This document shows, piece by piece, positions 1-13,074 of a stretch of 64,000 nt of DNA. The DNA is from Eledone cirrhosa. Lineage: Eukaryota. The translations under genes and the position numbers were made by a program. The stretch lies in assembly GCA_964016885.1 (NCBI GenBank), contig OZ024761.1, positions 21,390,001-21,454,000 on the forward strand, read 5' to 3'. Numbering within the stretch: position 1 is the first letter of the stretch; each line of letters opens with the position of its first letter. The notes under the pieces are model-generated. The model saw only the letters and a list, made by a program, of their open reading frames with translations, was not told where the DNA came from and did not search any database.

Positions 1-1075
1 TGTTCTCAAAATAAATAATATCGAAATCTCATAGATTCAATATTATGTGAGATATTTATGTGAGGTAAAGCCTTTATTGTGAAAATACAATAGTATATAT
101 AGAGTAATGTAAATGTTATGTGAGGTAAAGCCTTTACTGTGAAAATACAATAGTATATATAGAGTAATGTAAATGTTATGTGAGATATTATGTGAGGTAA
201 AGCCTTTACTGTGAAAATACAATAGTATATATAGAGTAATGTAAATGTTATGTGAGGTATTATGTGAGGTAAAGCCTTTACTGTGAAAATACAATAGTAT
301 ATATAGAGTAATGTAAATGTTATGTGAGATATTATGTGAGGTAAAGCCTTTACTGTGAAAATACAATAGTATATATAGAGTAATGTAAATGTTATGTGAG
401 GTATTATGTGAGGTAAAGCCTTTACTGTGAAAATACAATAGTATATATAGAGTAATGTAAATGTTATGTGAGATATTATGTGAGGTAAAGCCTTTACTGT
501 GAAAATACAATAGTATATATAGAGCAATGTAAATGTTATGTGAGGTATTATGTGAGGTAAAGCCTTTACTGTGAAAATACAATAGTATATATAGAGTAAT
601 GTAAATGTTATGTGAGGTAAAGCCTTTACTGTGAAAATACAATAGTATATATAGAGTAATGTAAATGTTATGTGAGGTAAAGCCTTTACTGTGAAAATAC
701 AATAGTATATATAGAGTAATGTAAATGTTATGTGAGGTAAAGCCTTTACTGTGAAAATACAATAGTATATATAGAGTAATGTAAATGTTATGTGAGGTAA
801 AGCCTTTACTGTGAAAATACAATAGTATATATAGAGTAATGTAAATGTTATGTGAGGTAAAGCCTTTACTGTGAAAATACAATAGTATATATAGAGTAAT
901 GTAAATGTTATGTGAGGTAAAGCCTTTACTGTGAAAATACAATAGTATATATAGAGTAATGTAAATGTTATGTGAGGTAAAGCCTTTACTGTGAAAATAC
1001 AATAGTATATATAGAGTAATGTAAATGTTATGTGAGGTAAAGCCTTTACTGTGAAAATACAATAGTATCTATATA
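1..1075. repeat. Satellite of 60/71-bp units derived from the interior of the TTAA MITE
   Basis: Tandem unit ttatgtgaggtaaagcctttactgtgaaaatacaatagtatatatagagtaatgtaaatg, preceded by MITE body sequence (aatatcgaaatctcatagattcaatatt). Confidence 0.92.
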
Positions 1076-2240
1076 GTAATATACTGTACATTATATAGTA
1101 GTAAGGAGACTATATATTATATATAGTAATATACTGTACATTATATAGTACTATACTGTACAATATATAGTAATATACTGTACATTATATAGTACTATAT
1201 TGTACAATATATAGTAATATACTGTACAATATATAGTACTATATTGTACAATATATAGTAATATACTGTACATTATATAGTAGTAAGGAGACTATATATT
1301 ATATATAGTAATATACTGTATATTATATAGTACTATATTGTACAATATATAGTAATATATTGTACAATATATAGTACTATATTGTACAATATATAGTAAT
1401 ATACTGTACATTATATAGTACTATATTGTACAATATATAGTAATATACTGTACATTATATAGTACTATATTGTACAATATATAGTAATATACTGTACATT
1501 ATATAGTACTATATTGTACAATATATAGTAATATACTGTACATTATATAGTACTATATTGTACAATATATAGTAATATACTGTACATTATATAGTACTAT
1601 ATTGTACAATATATAGTAATATACTGTACATTATATAGTACTATATTGTACAATATATAGTAATATACTGTACATTATATAGTACTATATTGTACAATAT
1701 ATAGTAATATACTGTACATTATATAGTACTATATTGTACAATATATAGTAATATACTGTACATTATATAGTACTATATTGTACAATATATAGTAATATAC
1801 TGTACATTATATAGTACTATATTGTACAATATATAGTAATATACTGTACATTATATAGTACTATATTGTACAATATATAGTAATATACTGTACATTATAT
1901 AGTACTATATTGTACAATATATAGTAATATACTGTACATTATATTGTACAATATATAGTAATATACTGTACATTATATAGTACTATATTGTACATTATAT
2001 AGTAATATACTGTACAATATATATAGTACTATATTGTACATTATATAGTAATATACTGTACAATATATAGTAATATACTGTACAATATATATAGTAGTAA
2101 GGAGACTATATATTATATATAGTAATATACTGTACATTATATAGTACTATATTGTACATTATATAGTAATATACTGTACAATATATATAGTAGTAAGGAG
2201 ACTATATATTATATATAGTAATATACTGTATATTATATAT
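1076..2240. repeat. AT-rich minisatellite with ~20/40-bp period
   Basis: Repeated atatagtaatatactgtacatt / atatagtactatattgtacaat. Confidence 0.92.
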
Positions 2241-2275
2241 GGTAATGTGTGTGAGTTGATGTTCTCTCATTTCAC

Positions 2276-2900
2276 TCACTGCCTCAGTCTTTCCCGTTCT
2301 GCCCATCTCTCACTATTATAAGCCAATGGGGGCCCACGTACCCCGGCGGACAGAATAGAGAAGGAACTTCCCCAGAAGATAATGAAGAAGACGCATTGGA
2401 AGAGCAGCCATTCCAGCTTGTGAGGCTCACACCTGCGGGTAGCGAACTGTGTACCTATTGTGGTAAGTAGGGAGTTGGTCCTAGGGCCAAGGACACCAGA
2501 AGTCTCCACTGCTACGGGTAACCAACTCTGTGCTGATGGTGGTAAGTAGGGAGTTGGTCCTAGGGCCAAGGACACCAGAAGTCTCCACTGCTACGGGTAA
2601 CCAACTCTGGCCTGATGGTGGTAAGTAGGGAGTTGGTCCTAGGGCCAAGGACACCAGAAGTCTCCACTGCTACGGGTAACCAACTCTGGCCTGATGGTGG
2701 TAAGTAGGGAGTTGGTCCTAGGGCCAAGGACACCAGAAGTCTCCACTGCTACGGGTAACCAACTCTGTGCTGATTGTGGTAAGTAGGGAGTTGGTCCTAG
2801 GGCCAAGGACACCAGAAGTCTCCACTGCTACGGGTAGATTGTGGTAAGTAGGGAAGTGGCCCTAGGGCCAAGGACACCAGAAGTCTCCACTGGTACAGGC
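2276..2900 (-). mobile_element. 3' fragment of a CRE-like (restriction-like endonuclease) non-LTR retrotransposon, with a 79-bp segment tandemly amplified
   Basis: The minus frame gives PVAVETSGVLGPRTNSLLTTIG...EWLLFQ...SIL, resembling CRE/NeSL-type ORF ends. A 79-bp unit repeats ~5-6 times (2460-2895). A related 3' sequence lies at ~30220-30280. Confidence 0.6.
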
Positions 2901-3366
2901 TCAACTGTAAACCTGTTGAAGAGTGATCGATATTTGGAGAGTTTACTCTCCTTGGCTTTCTACAGTTGAGGAAACAAACCACATTTACACAACAGTAAAT
3001 ATATTTAGTCCTAGATAAGATCATCTGATGGGGAGAAATCAATATTACATATGTTCACTAGTTGCTTTATATTTAACAAGTAGGTGAAACTAAGTCAATG
3101 GAATGCTGCTTCAAGAAACAAACAAGTTTAAATGTCCAGGAATGGACCTCCACCGTTTTCGATGGTCAGTGGTCCAGTTGTTTTATCAATGGAACAGCCT
3201 GTGTAAGTGGCTGAGCATTCCATAAACATACATGTATCATTAACACTTTAGCTACCAACCAGGCCAAAGCCAGCTCTGATTCTATGAAATAAAATCACCC
3301 ATTTTAAAGGTTTCCAATTTAAATTAAAATCTGCCAACATAATTTTATATAAGAACCTTACATTAA

Positions 3367-4555
3367 CCCTTTAGCATTTAACCCAGCCATATCCAGTCAG
3401 AATTCTCTCACCTTTTCCTGTTTAAACTGGCCATAACCAGCTGCTCATACTTATATTACGGTATTGTTCTGAAAATATATAATATTAAAATCTCATAGAT
3501 TCGATATTATGTGAGATAATTATTTGAAATAAAGTGTTTCCCGTGAAACTGATATCAAAAAGTCCTCTTGTGAACGTGACCTGGGCATTACTGTCAGCAA
3601 CGATTTGCGTTGGACAAAGCATGTCTCTAAGATTATCAAGAAGGCCGAGGGTGTCTTGGCGTCACTCAGCAAGACCTTTGTTAGCCGCTCTCCAGCCATC
3701 TATTTAAAACTGTATACAGCTATGGTACGACCACACTTGGAATTCGCATCATCAGTCTGGAACCCCTATCTTGCTCAGAACATTGACCTCCTGGAAACTG
3801 TTCAGAGACGTGCAACCAAGCACATACCCTCCATCAGACACCTACCATACTCTGAACGCCTTGCTTCCCTGGGCATGGATTCATTGAAGCTCCGACGTCT
3901 GGCAATGGACTTGGTGAATACCCACAAAGTTTTTAACCATCTCGCCAATTGCAACCCTGAGCGCCTCTTTGATCTCCATGTGTCTAACACACGTGGACAT
4001 GCCTACAAGATCAGAAAACAGCACAGCTCCCATGACTTTCATAGACATTTTTTCACGCTCAGAGTTGCTGAAGCATGGAACAAACTGCCTGCGTCAATTG
4101 TTAGCTGCCGAGACACTGCATCCTTTAAGACACTCATGCTTCCCGAAATACGCCAAAACTACACTTGATGTACCCCTTCCATACACATGCACACGTGTGT
4201 ATCATGACTCGTGCACTATTCATTTTACTGATGTTTGTGCATTGCCCTATGTACTGTACATGCACTTTTTTGATGAGTTGTGGTGCACCTGGGCACTGTA
4301 CACAATATTTCATTATTGTTATTATTATTATATCATAACTCATACACTGTTCATTTTCCTGACATTTGTACATTATTCTATGTACTATACATGCACCTTT
4401 GATGAGTTGTAGTGCACCTGAGCACTGTACACAATAATTTCATTATTATTATTAAAATACAATAGTAGATATAGAGTAATGTAAATGTTATGTGAGGTAA
4501 AGCCTTTACCATGAAAATACAATAGTAAATATAGAGTAATGTAAATGCTAAAGGG
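3367..4555 (+). mobile_element. TTAA-flanked MITE (piggyBac-like CCC...GGG ends), interrupted by a CR1 LINE
   Basis: ttaa|ccctttagcattta ... taaatgctaaaggg|ttaa. The LINE is inserted at gtgaaa|...|aaaatacaatag. Confidence 0.8.
3549..4453 (+). mobile_element. 5'-truncated CR1/L2-group LINE (ORF2 C-terminus to stop at 4168, 3' UTR, (ATT)n tail)
   Basis: RDLGI..SNDLRWTKHV...LKLYTAMVRPHLEFASSVWNPY...LETVQRRATK...TRGH...[14 protein letters not shown]. Further 3' fragments lie at ~7295-7375, ~38480-38745 (-) and ~59366-59730 (-). Confidence 0.88.
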
Positions 4556-5064
4556 TTAAGTTACTATCTTAGTAATCAAATAATTAATAATCTTTGTAAA
4601 TCCCTTGAAATTCTTCATTAATTAATTAAAATAGGGTGTATTTCATTAGAAATGCGGCGATGAAAAGGTTAACATAATTTTCAGAGAGAATGTTATATAT
4701 GACTGTATGATACCATGTATGGCACATATATGGACCTCAGTTAGTTATAACGATGAGTATTCCAGTTGTCTGATCAACAGAACAGCATGCTCATGAAACT
4801 GACATACAAGTGGCTGAGCATTCCAGAACTGTTGTTGATTCTTTCTCTCTCCCTTTCTTTGGAAGAAATAAGCTGTGTTCATACCCAGAGGGGGTAGGTT
4901 CAACCAGGTTTAAAATACACAAGAGACATCATGTGTGCCAGGACAGCACCCCTTGTGACGCCTTTAGGGGTTAAGGGGTCGTCTTCTTCACATTACCATT
5001 CAGTAAATCACCTCTAAGGGTTGTTAGGACGTCAGATAGAAGGGATTGTAGGTATTCTGAAAAT

Positions 5065-5270
5065 TTAATAAGCAGGGGAAGAGGGGATAAGAACGGGGAG
5101 GGGTCTGAAAATTTAATAGGCAGAGGGTGGGGAATAAGAGCGGGGGGGGGATAATCTGAAAATTTAATAGTCGGGGGGGGGGGATAATCTGAAAATTTAA
5201 TGGTCGGGGGGGGGGGGGGGGGTAGAGTCTGAAAAGTTAATAATCGTGATCGGGGGGGGGGGGGGGGGGG
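5065..5270. repeat. G-rich degenerate tandem repeat upstream of ACSS3
   Basis: About 5 units of tctgaaaatttaat followed by long G runs. Complementary-strand relatives lie at ~7580-7715. Confidence 0.7.
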
Positions 5271-5815
5271 TAATTGAGATCCGAGAGTAATTGTTGCGGC
5301 TCTTTACGTTCTGGTTTCAAATCCTCCCGCCAAGATCAACTTTGCCTTTCATATTTCTGGGATCGAATTTATACTTTCGAAGTCTGCCGCAAAACCTTGA
5401 GAGGAAAACTATAAGACTTGAATTACGCGGATTCGAATGACGCGCCGCCGCCTTCACGAATGAATCTTCGCGTAAAAATCGAACACACTGGACCAGGAAA
5501 AAAAACAAAAAAAAACTGTTGTCGATATGATCGGTTTCTCTCAAACCCCTCCACACACACAAACAAAACCCCTAAATTGCTGGCCTTGTTCCTAAAATAG
5601 AAATTATTACTAACTCCATACTACATTACGTTCATTTTTACATAGAAATAGTTTTGAAGTTTTTTTCTTTCCGTGGAAAAATAAATTGAAAGGGGTTTAG
5701 TCTCAAGTATTGTGTGTATGTTTGTTATTTTTTAGGTGGTGGGGAGAATTCCTTCTATAGGGTTTTTAATCATGAGGGGCTGTTGTCCAGATCCCATTCG
5801 AAACACAAGCTTTTT

Positions 5816-5871
<56 letters not shown>

Positions 5872-6216
5872 AGTAAATGTTGTGTTGTAAAATATTCAAT
5901 ATGTGAGAGTTTGATACATTTACTGTGATACTTGATCTCTAAGTCACCTAAGACCAGATAATATATTTTTTATTTCTATTTATTTTATCTATTTATTATA
6001 TTTATTATTTTATTTATTACTTCGATGATCAGAATTTATTTGGACACCTGTGTTTATATTTATATATATATATTTTTAATTTTTTTTTACTGTTTACCAA
6101 TCAGCAGGTTTGGTCACGCATGAAAGAAGTTACAAGTTATATATAAGTTAGCATGAGAAAAGAAATAAAAGGAAAGAAGAAAAAAAAGCAGGTAATATTA
6201 ATTAATTCCCAGCAAG

Positions 6217-6966
6217 ATGACGACGACAGCACTCCGGCTGAGAAAAACTACTAAGATGTTTACCTGCCCTGTAATCAAACGACTTCTTTCCACCACCAAA
6301 TCTGTATTGCCTTCTCTTGGAGTTTCCCAATATAGATTATTATCGCCGTTTAATTTTCGATTGTTTTCTACAAGTAGAGGTTTACCCTGTGTCTCCCCCT
6401 CTGGTTATACAGACTGTTACGATGGACACTTTGATGAAGCCCTCCACGATCCTACAACATTCTGGGCTAGGGCTGCCGAAGATTTAGTCTGGCATAAAAA
6501 ATGGCACCAGGTCCTCGACAACTCAAACCCTCCATGGACTCGGTGGTATGTATATATATATACATATATCTAAATAATAATAATTTCTACTTTAGGCACA
6601 AGGCCAACAATTGGGGGGGGGGGGGGTCGATTAAATTGTATTACTGGTACTTTATTTTATCAGCTCCGTAAGAATGAAAGCCAAAGCTAACCTGGAGGGA
6701 TTTGAACTCCGTAACTAATAATAATGGCAATTACTGTGTACTGTGCACAGGTGCACTACATGTTATTATATATACATTAATATTTATTGTTAGAGATGGC
6801 CCCAGAGCGTATTTGCTTGCCTTGAAATATTCCGTTGGCCCTTGTGATGCGCGGTCGAATGTCGCACTTAGGGGTGAATTGGTGGTAGTTTTCGTTGTTG
6901 TTATATGTTATATAATACTAAAACTTGTATCTATAATTTTGTGTATGTAGGTGATTTTATAATAAA

Positions 6967-7027
<61 letters not shown>

Positions 7028-7081
7028 TATATAGTGTTGTATTATTATTTCTGGCAATATTATAACAATATGACCCTCCCC

Positions 7082-7132
<51 letters not shown>

Positions 7133-7421
7133 CAAATTTTAAAAAAAGGAGTTAAAGACTCGCATTTATCCCCTATAATTTAACGAGCTTAAGGAATAGA
7201 TTCGGGGCTCATTATAAATCAATATATAGGGAGAAGTACATATAGAGATGTGTTCAATGATAGGGGATCAAAAACCACCAGAGTGGCGAACATATATTCT
7301 ATGTACTATACATGCACCTTTGATGAGTTGTAGTGCACCTGAGCACTGTACACAATAATTTCATTATTATTATATTATATATAAAGAATAACCAACCAAT
7401 TATAACTATATATTGTGTATT

Positions 7422-7452
<31 letters not shown>

Positions 7453-8519
7453 CAACATAACGAGACGACTTTTTATAAGTTTATTAATTTTTCAAGAATA
7501 TAATTTGTAGAAAACATTCCTGTTGTCGTCGTCCCCCGTCCCTCCGGGCCAAGCAATAAAGGTGCGAGTCCTACAGGTGCTTGTTAATACCCCCCCCCCC
7601 AACTATTTTTCCCCCCATTAAGGAGGCTTATACTCTCAGGTCTCGAATAATCCACCACCCCCCCCTATTAACCTTTCAGACTTTCCACCCCCACCCCCGC
7701 TTATTAAATATTTTACTAATCTATTCAATAGTAGTAGTAGTAGTAATAGTTGTTGTTGTTGTTGCTGTTGTTCTTGTTTAATATTGCTTTTTTTTTTTTC
7801 TCACTGAAAAACTACTTCTTGTTAGCCTTCTTTTTTTGGGGGGTATTTTTAATATTATTATTATTATTATAACATTCCTCTCCGGTACAAATGTTGTGAA
7901 GACCTCGGGTGGGAAAACCACACAAAAACCGGTCATTTACGACAGTTTTCAAGGTCATTTACTTTCAAAACAGATAAAAAGGAAATCATGAGAAAAAAAC
8001 ACAAATTTTTTATGTTCGAGATTTTTGTGTGGCATCTGTGTCGTTGACAGCAAAGTTGTTGTCATCGTCAGCGGCTAACCTTGCCGAGTGTCTCATTCGA
8101 TGTTATAGGTGAGCATGCTTGGTTGATTCAGCACCTTAGGGTTAAAGTTTATCTTGAACTCCAAGGCTCACCAGGCCGGTGATTATTCCAGTTACGTAGT
8201 GTGAAGTGGCTGAAAGTACCAGACTCACCCCTGGAGAGGCACCAGTCCACCGCAGGGTTAACCCCCAGCTATTGCTGCTGGTACTTATTTTCAGCTGAGT
8301 ATACTGGAGCAACATAAAATGAAGGTGTTTTGCTCAAGAACAGAACACACAAACCAGCTCAAGAATCAAACCCACGACATTATGATCCCATCTGAACCTG
8401 GAAGATCAAGATCAAGATGATGATGATGATGAAATATATTTTGACTCACCCCAAGCAAGAAAATAAAGCTACTAAAAGGCAATGGAGTTACTAAGAAGAG
8501 AGATGAACAAGACAGAGAA

Positions 8520-8556
<37 letters not shown>

Positions 8557-8799
8557 CAAAGGAAGTGTGGTAAGGAACCAGGTGGACCATAACACACCAG
8601 AGTACTTGATACTTTGGGTAGTAGAGTGGGTAATAGGAAAACAGTCAAAATCCCGACAGCAGAGCTCGAGCCATTTCGACAGCTATTTCTGGACTAAATT
8701 AAATTATATATATATATATCGAAGTCCAGCTTGGGTGGGGCTGATAACATTGTTAGGACTCAATGTATCCTAGGGAGGATGGCTGCGGTGAGAATTGTT

Positions 8800-8849
<50 letters not shown>

Positions 8850-11800
8850 TCATTACTCAAACATAATGAAGACATAACAAATCGTCCTTTTTATTCCCAC
8901 CGAGGTTAACTTTGCCTTTCATCCTTACGGGGACAAATAAAATAAAATACCAGTCATGCACTGGGGTCAATTTAATCTATTTTCTCCTCCTCCTAAAATT
9001 GCTAGCCTTGTACCTAAATCAGAAATCATTAAATACTTCTTGATTATATTTCTATAATATCAATGAACTCCCATGACATGGGGAGGTTTTGAGTATTGAA
9101 TAAATTGTATTTAGTTACAACAAAAAACTTCAGTGTCAACAGTCTAGCTCACCAGAATGACATCTCGAATGTTATAGACTGATTTTTACTGTCTGTCTGT
9201 CTGTCTGTTTTCACTTCAATAAGTTCACACATCTCTCTCTCTCTCTCTCCTACCTGTTCTCTCTCCCCCCTGTCTACTACCTGTTTGTTTCACTCTTTCT
9301 TCGCAATAATATCTCTTATTTATTTTTTATATTTTCTAAAAATATTTTCTCACAGAACTTTAAGTTCCCCACCTTCACCTATCATTCACCTTTCCTTTTA
9401 TTTTTATCCTCTAACGTTTTCTAGTTTTCTTCTCACCCACACTAAGGCCCCTTAACACACGTCTTAGTCTTCCTTCTCACCCACACTAAGGCCCCTTAAC
9501 ACACGTCTTAGTCTCCCTTGTCACCCACACTAAGGCCCCTTAACACACGTCTTAGTCTTCCTTCTCACCCACACTAAGGCCCCTTAACACACGTCTTAGT
9601 CTCCCTTCTCACCCACACTAAGGCACCTTAACACACGTCTTAGTCTCCCTTCTCACCCACACTAAGGCACCTTAACACAAGTCTTAGTCTCCCTTATCAC
9701 CCACACTAAGGCCCCTTAACACACGTCTTTGTCTCCCTTCTCACCCACACTAAGCACCTTAACACACGTCTTAGTCTTCCTTCTCACCCACACTAAGCAC
9801 CTTAACACACGTCTTAGTCTCCCTTCTCACCCACACTAAGCACCTTAACACACGTCTTAGTCTCCCTTGTCACCCACACTAAGGCACCTTAACACACGTC
9901 TTAGTCTCCCTTCTCACCCACACTAAGGCACCTTAACACACGTCTTAGTCTCCCTTCTCACCCACACTAAGGCACCTTAACACACGTCTTAGTCTCCCTT
10001 CTCACCCACACTAAGGCCCCTTAACACACGTCTTTGTCTCCCTTCTCACCTACACTAAGCACCTTAACACACGTCTTAGTCTTCCTTCTCACCCACACTA
10101 AGCACCTTAACACACGTCTTAGTCTCCCTTCTCACCCACACTAAGCACCTTAACACACGTCTTAGTCTCCCTTGTCACCCACACTAAGGCACCTTAACAC
10201 ACGTCTTAGTCTCCCTTCTCACCCACACTAAGGCACCTTAACACACGTCTTAGTCTCCCTTCTCACCCACACTAAGGCACCTTAACACACGTCTTAGTCT
10301 CCCTTCTCACCCACACTAAGGCACCTTAACACACGTCTTAGTCTCCCTTCTCACCCACACTAAGGCACCTTAACACACGTCTTAGTCTCCCTTCTCACCC
10401 ACACTAAGCACCTTAACACACGTCTTAGTCTCCCTTGTCACCCACACTAAGGCACCTTAACACACGTCTTAGTCTCCCTTCTCACCCACACTAAGCACCT
10501 TAACACACGTCTTAGTCTCCCTTCTCACCCACACTAAGCACCTTAACACACGTCTTAGTCTCCCTTGTCACCCACACTAAGCACCTTAACACACGTCTTA
10601 GTCTCCCTTCTCACCCACACTAAGGCCCCTTAACACACGTCTTTGTCTCCCTTCTCACCCACACTAAGGCACCTTAACACACGTCTTAGTCTCCCTTCTC
10701 ACCCACACTAAGCACCTTAACACACGTCTTAGTCTCCCTTCTCACCCACACTAAGGCCCCTTAACACACGTCTTAGTCTCCCTTCTCACCCACACTAAGC
10801 ACCTTAACACACGTCTTAGTCTCCCTTCTCACCCACACTAAGCACCTTAACACACGTCTTAGTCTCCCTTCTCACCCACACTAAGGCCCCTTAACACATG
10901 TCTTAGTCTCCCTTCTCACCCACACTAAGCACCTTAACACACGTCTTAGTCTCCCTTCTCACCCACACTAAGGCACCTTAACACACGTCTTAGTCTCCCT
11001 TCTCACCCACACTAAGCACCTTAACACACGTCTTAGTCTCCCTTCTCACCCACACTAAGGCCCCTTAACACACGTCTTAGTCTCCCTTCTCACCCACACT
11101 AAGCACCTTAACACACGTCTTAGTCTCCCTTCTCACCCACACTAAGCACCTTAACACACGTCTTAGTCTCCCTTCTCACCCACACTAAGGCCCCTTAACA
11201 CACGTCTTAGTCTCCCTTCTCACCCACACTAAGGCACCTTAACACACGTCTTAGTCTCCCTTCTCACCCACACTAAGCACCTTAACACACGTCTTAGTCT
11301 CCCTTCTCACCCACACTAAGGCCCCTTAACACACGTCTTAGTCTCCCTTCTCACCCACACTAAGCACCTTAACACACGTCTTAGTCTCCCTTCTCACCCA
11401 CACTAAGGCACCTTAACACACGTCTTAGTCTCCCTTCTCACCCACACTAAGCACCTTAACACACGTCTTAGTCTCCCTTCTCACCCACACTAAGGCACCT
11501 TAACACACGTCTTAGTCTCCCTTCTCACCCACACTAAGGCACCTTAACACACGTCTTAGTCTCCCTTCTCACCCACACTAAGGCACCTTAACACACGTCT
11601 TAGTCTCCCTTCTCACCCACACTAAGGCACCTTAACACACGTCTTAGTTTCCCTTCTCACCCACACTAAGGCCCCTTAACACCCGTCTTATTAGTGGCTT
11701 TCTTCTCACCCACATTGTTAAATGACTCCTAAATCAGAAACCATTATCATTATTATTGTCATTTATATCAGGACAACTACATTTCAAAATTCCAATTTTC

Positions 11801-13043
11801 CCAATGCTTCTTTAAGCCAACCAGTTATTTACATTTGTTTTATTGTTTAGGTTTACCGGTGGAGAACTCAATACAACATACAATGCCCTTGATCGACATG
11901 TTGAAAATGGACTTGGAGAAAGGGTTGCCCTTATACACGACAGCCCTGTTACCAATCAACTGGTGTATATAACCTACTCTCAGCTTTTACATACGGTAAA
12001 CTTTACACAACTTATCTTCCCTATCTCTATTTTTTCTTTCTACGTTTTGTGTGTATAATTGTCAAAGGGTATGCATGTGTTTTTGTGTGTGCTTTTCCAG
12101 GGTGGTGATACATGTCTGTACGTCTGTCCAGGGTGATACATGTCTGTATGTCTCCAGGGTGATACATGTCTGTATGTCTCCAGGGTGATACATGTCTGTA
12201 CGTCTGTCCAGGGTGATACATGTCTGTATGTCTCCAGGGTGATACATGTCTGTATGTCTCCAGGGTGATACATGTCTATATGTCTGTCCAGGGTGATACA
12301 TGTCTATATGTCTGTCCAGGGTGATACATGTCTGTATGTCTCCAGGGTGATACATGTCTGTATGTCTCCAGGGTGATACATGTCTGTACGTCTCCAGGGT
12401 GATACATGTCTGTACGTCTGTCCAGGGTGATACATGTCTGTATGTCTCCAGGGTGATACATGTCTGTACGTCTCCAGGGTGATACATGTCTGTATGTCTG
12501 TCCAAGCTGACATACATGGGCAACTGCAGGTCCTCTACAAAATACCTTGCCTATGGTTGGCATCGAGAAGAGGAATATTTTTTTTCCAGGTGCAACCTAA
12601 TATCAATTATTGTCTTTCAAACAAACTCTTTCTTGACATCCAAATATATCAATTTATTTAATATATCAATATTTGATCAGTTATAAACCCTAACCCTAAC
12701 TCTAACAATACTGATTATATTTAGTGATTTAGTTTCTAGAATTCTTATTTTATTTTTAATATTTGGCAAAGCCAGCAGCAACTCTCTCAGTGAGCGAGTG
12801 AGGCTACTCAGCTGATGTGTACTTAAGAAAATACTATATATTTTCAACTGTTCAACAGACTGGCAGAGGTATACAGTCCTGGTGAATGGTAATGACCTGG
12901 AAACATGTTGATTATTCCTCAAAGCCAGTGTTGAACAAACCGGTGACGACCGGTCACCGGCACAGCTTCTAATTGGGCTTGTTTGTTTACAAACGAATCG
13001 AACATTATTATTAATGTTCGATATAACCCCTACATACATCTAT

Positions 13044-13074
<31 letters not shown>

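Noticed and set aside
6-1091. 361-aa and 339-aa minus-strand ORFs
   Set aside because: They are translations of a stop-free satellite unit, with no gene features.
3605-4168. 187-aa ORF as a host gene
   Set aside because: It is the C-terminus of a 5'-truncated CR1-group LINE ORF2.
9432-11715. CRISPR-like regular array
   Set aside because: The units are contiguous with no unique spacers, the context is a eukaryotic intron, and there are no cas genes. The same applies to the other arrays.
12027-12563. Cluster of overlapping ORFs
   Set aside because: They are translations of the 25/29-bp minisatellite.
12686-12706. Telomere-like (CCCTAA)n repeats
   Set aside because: Only about three degenerate units; such motifs are common inside small transposons.
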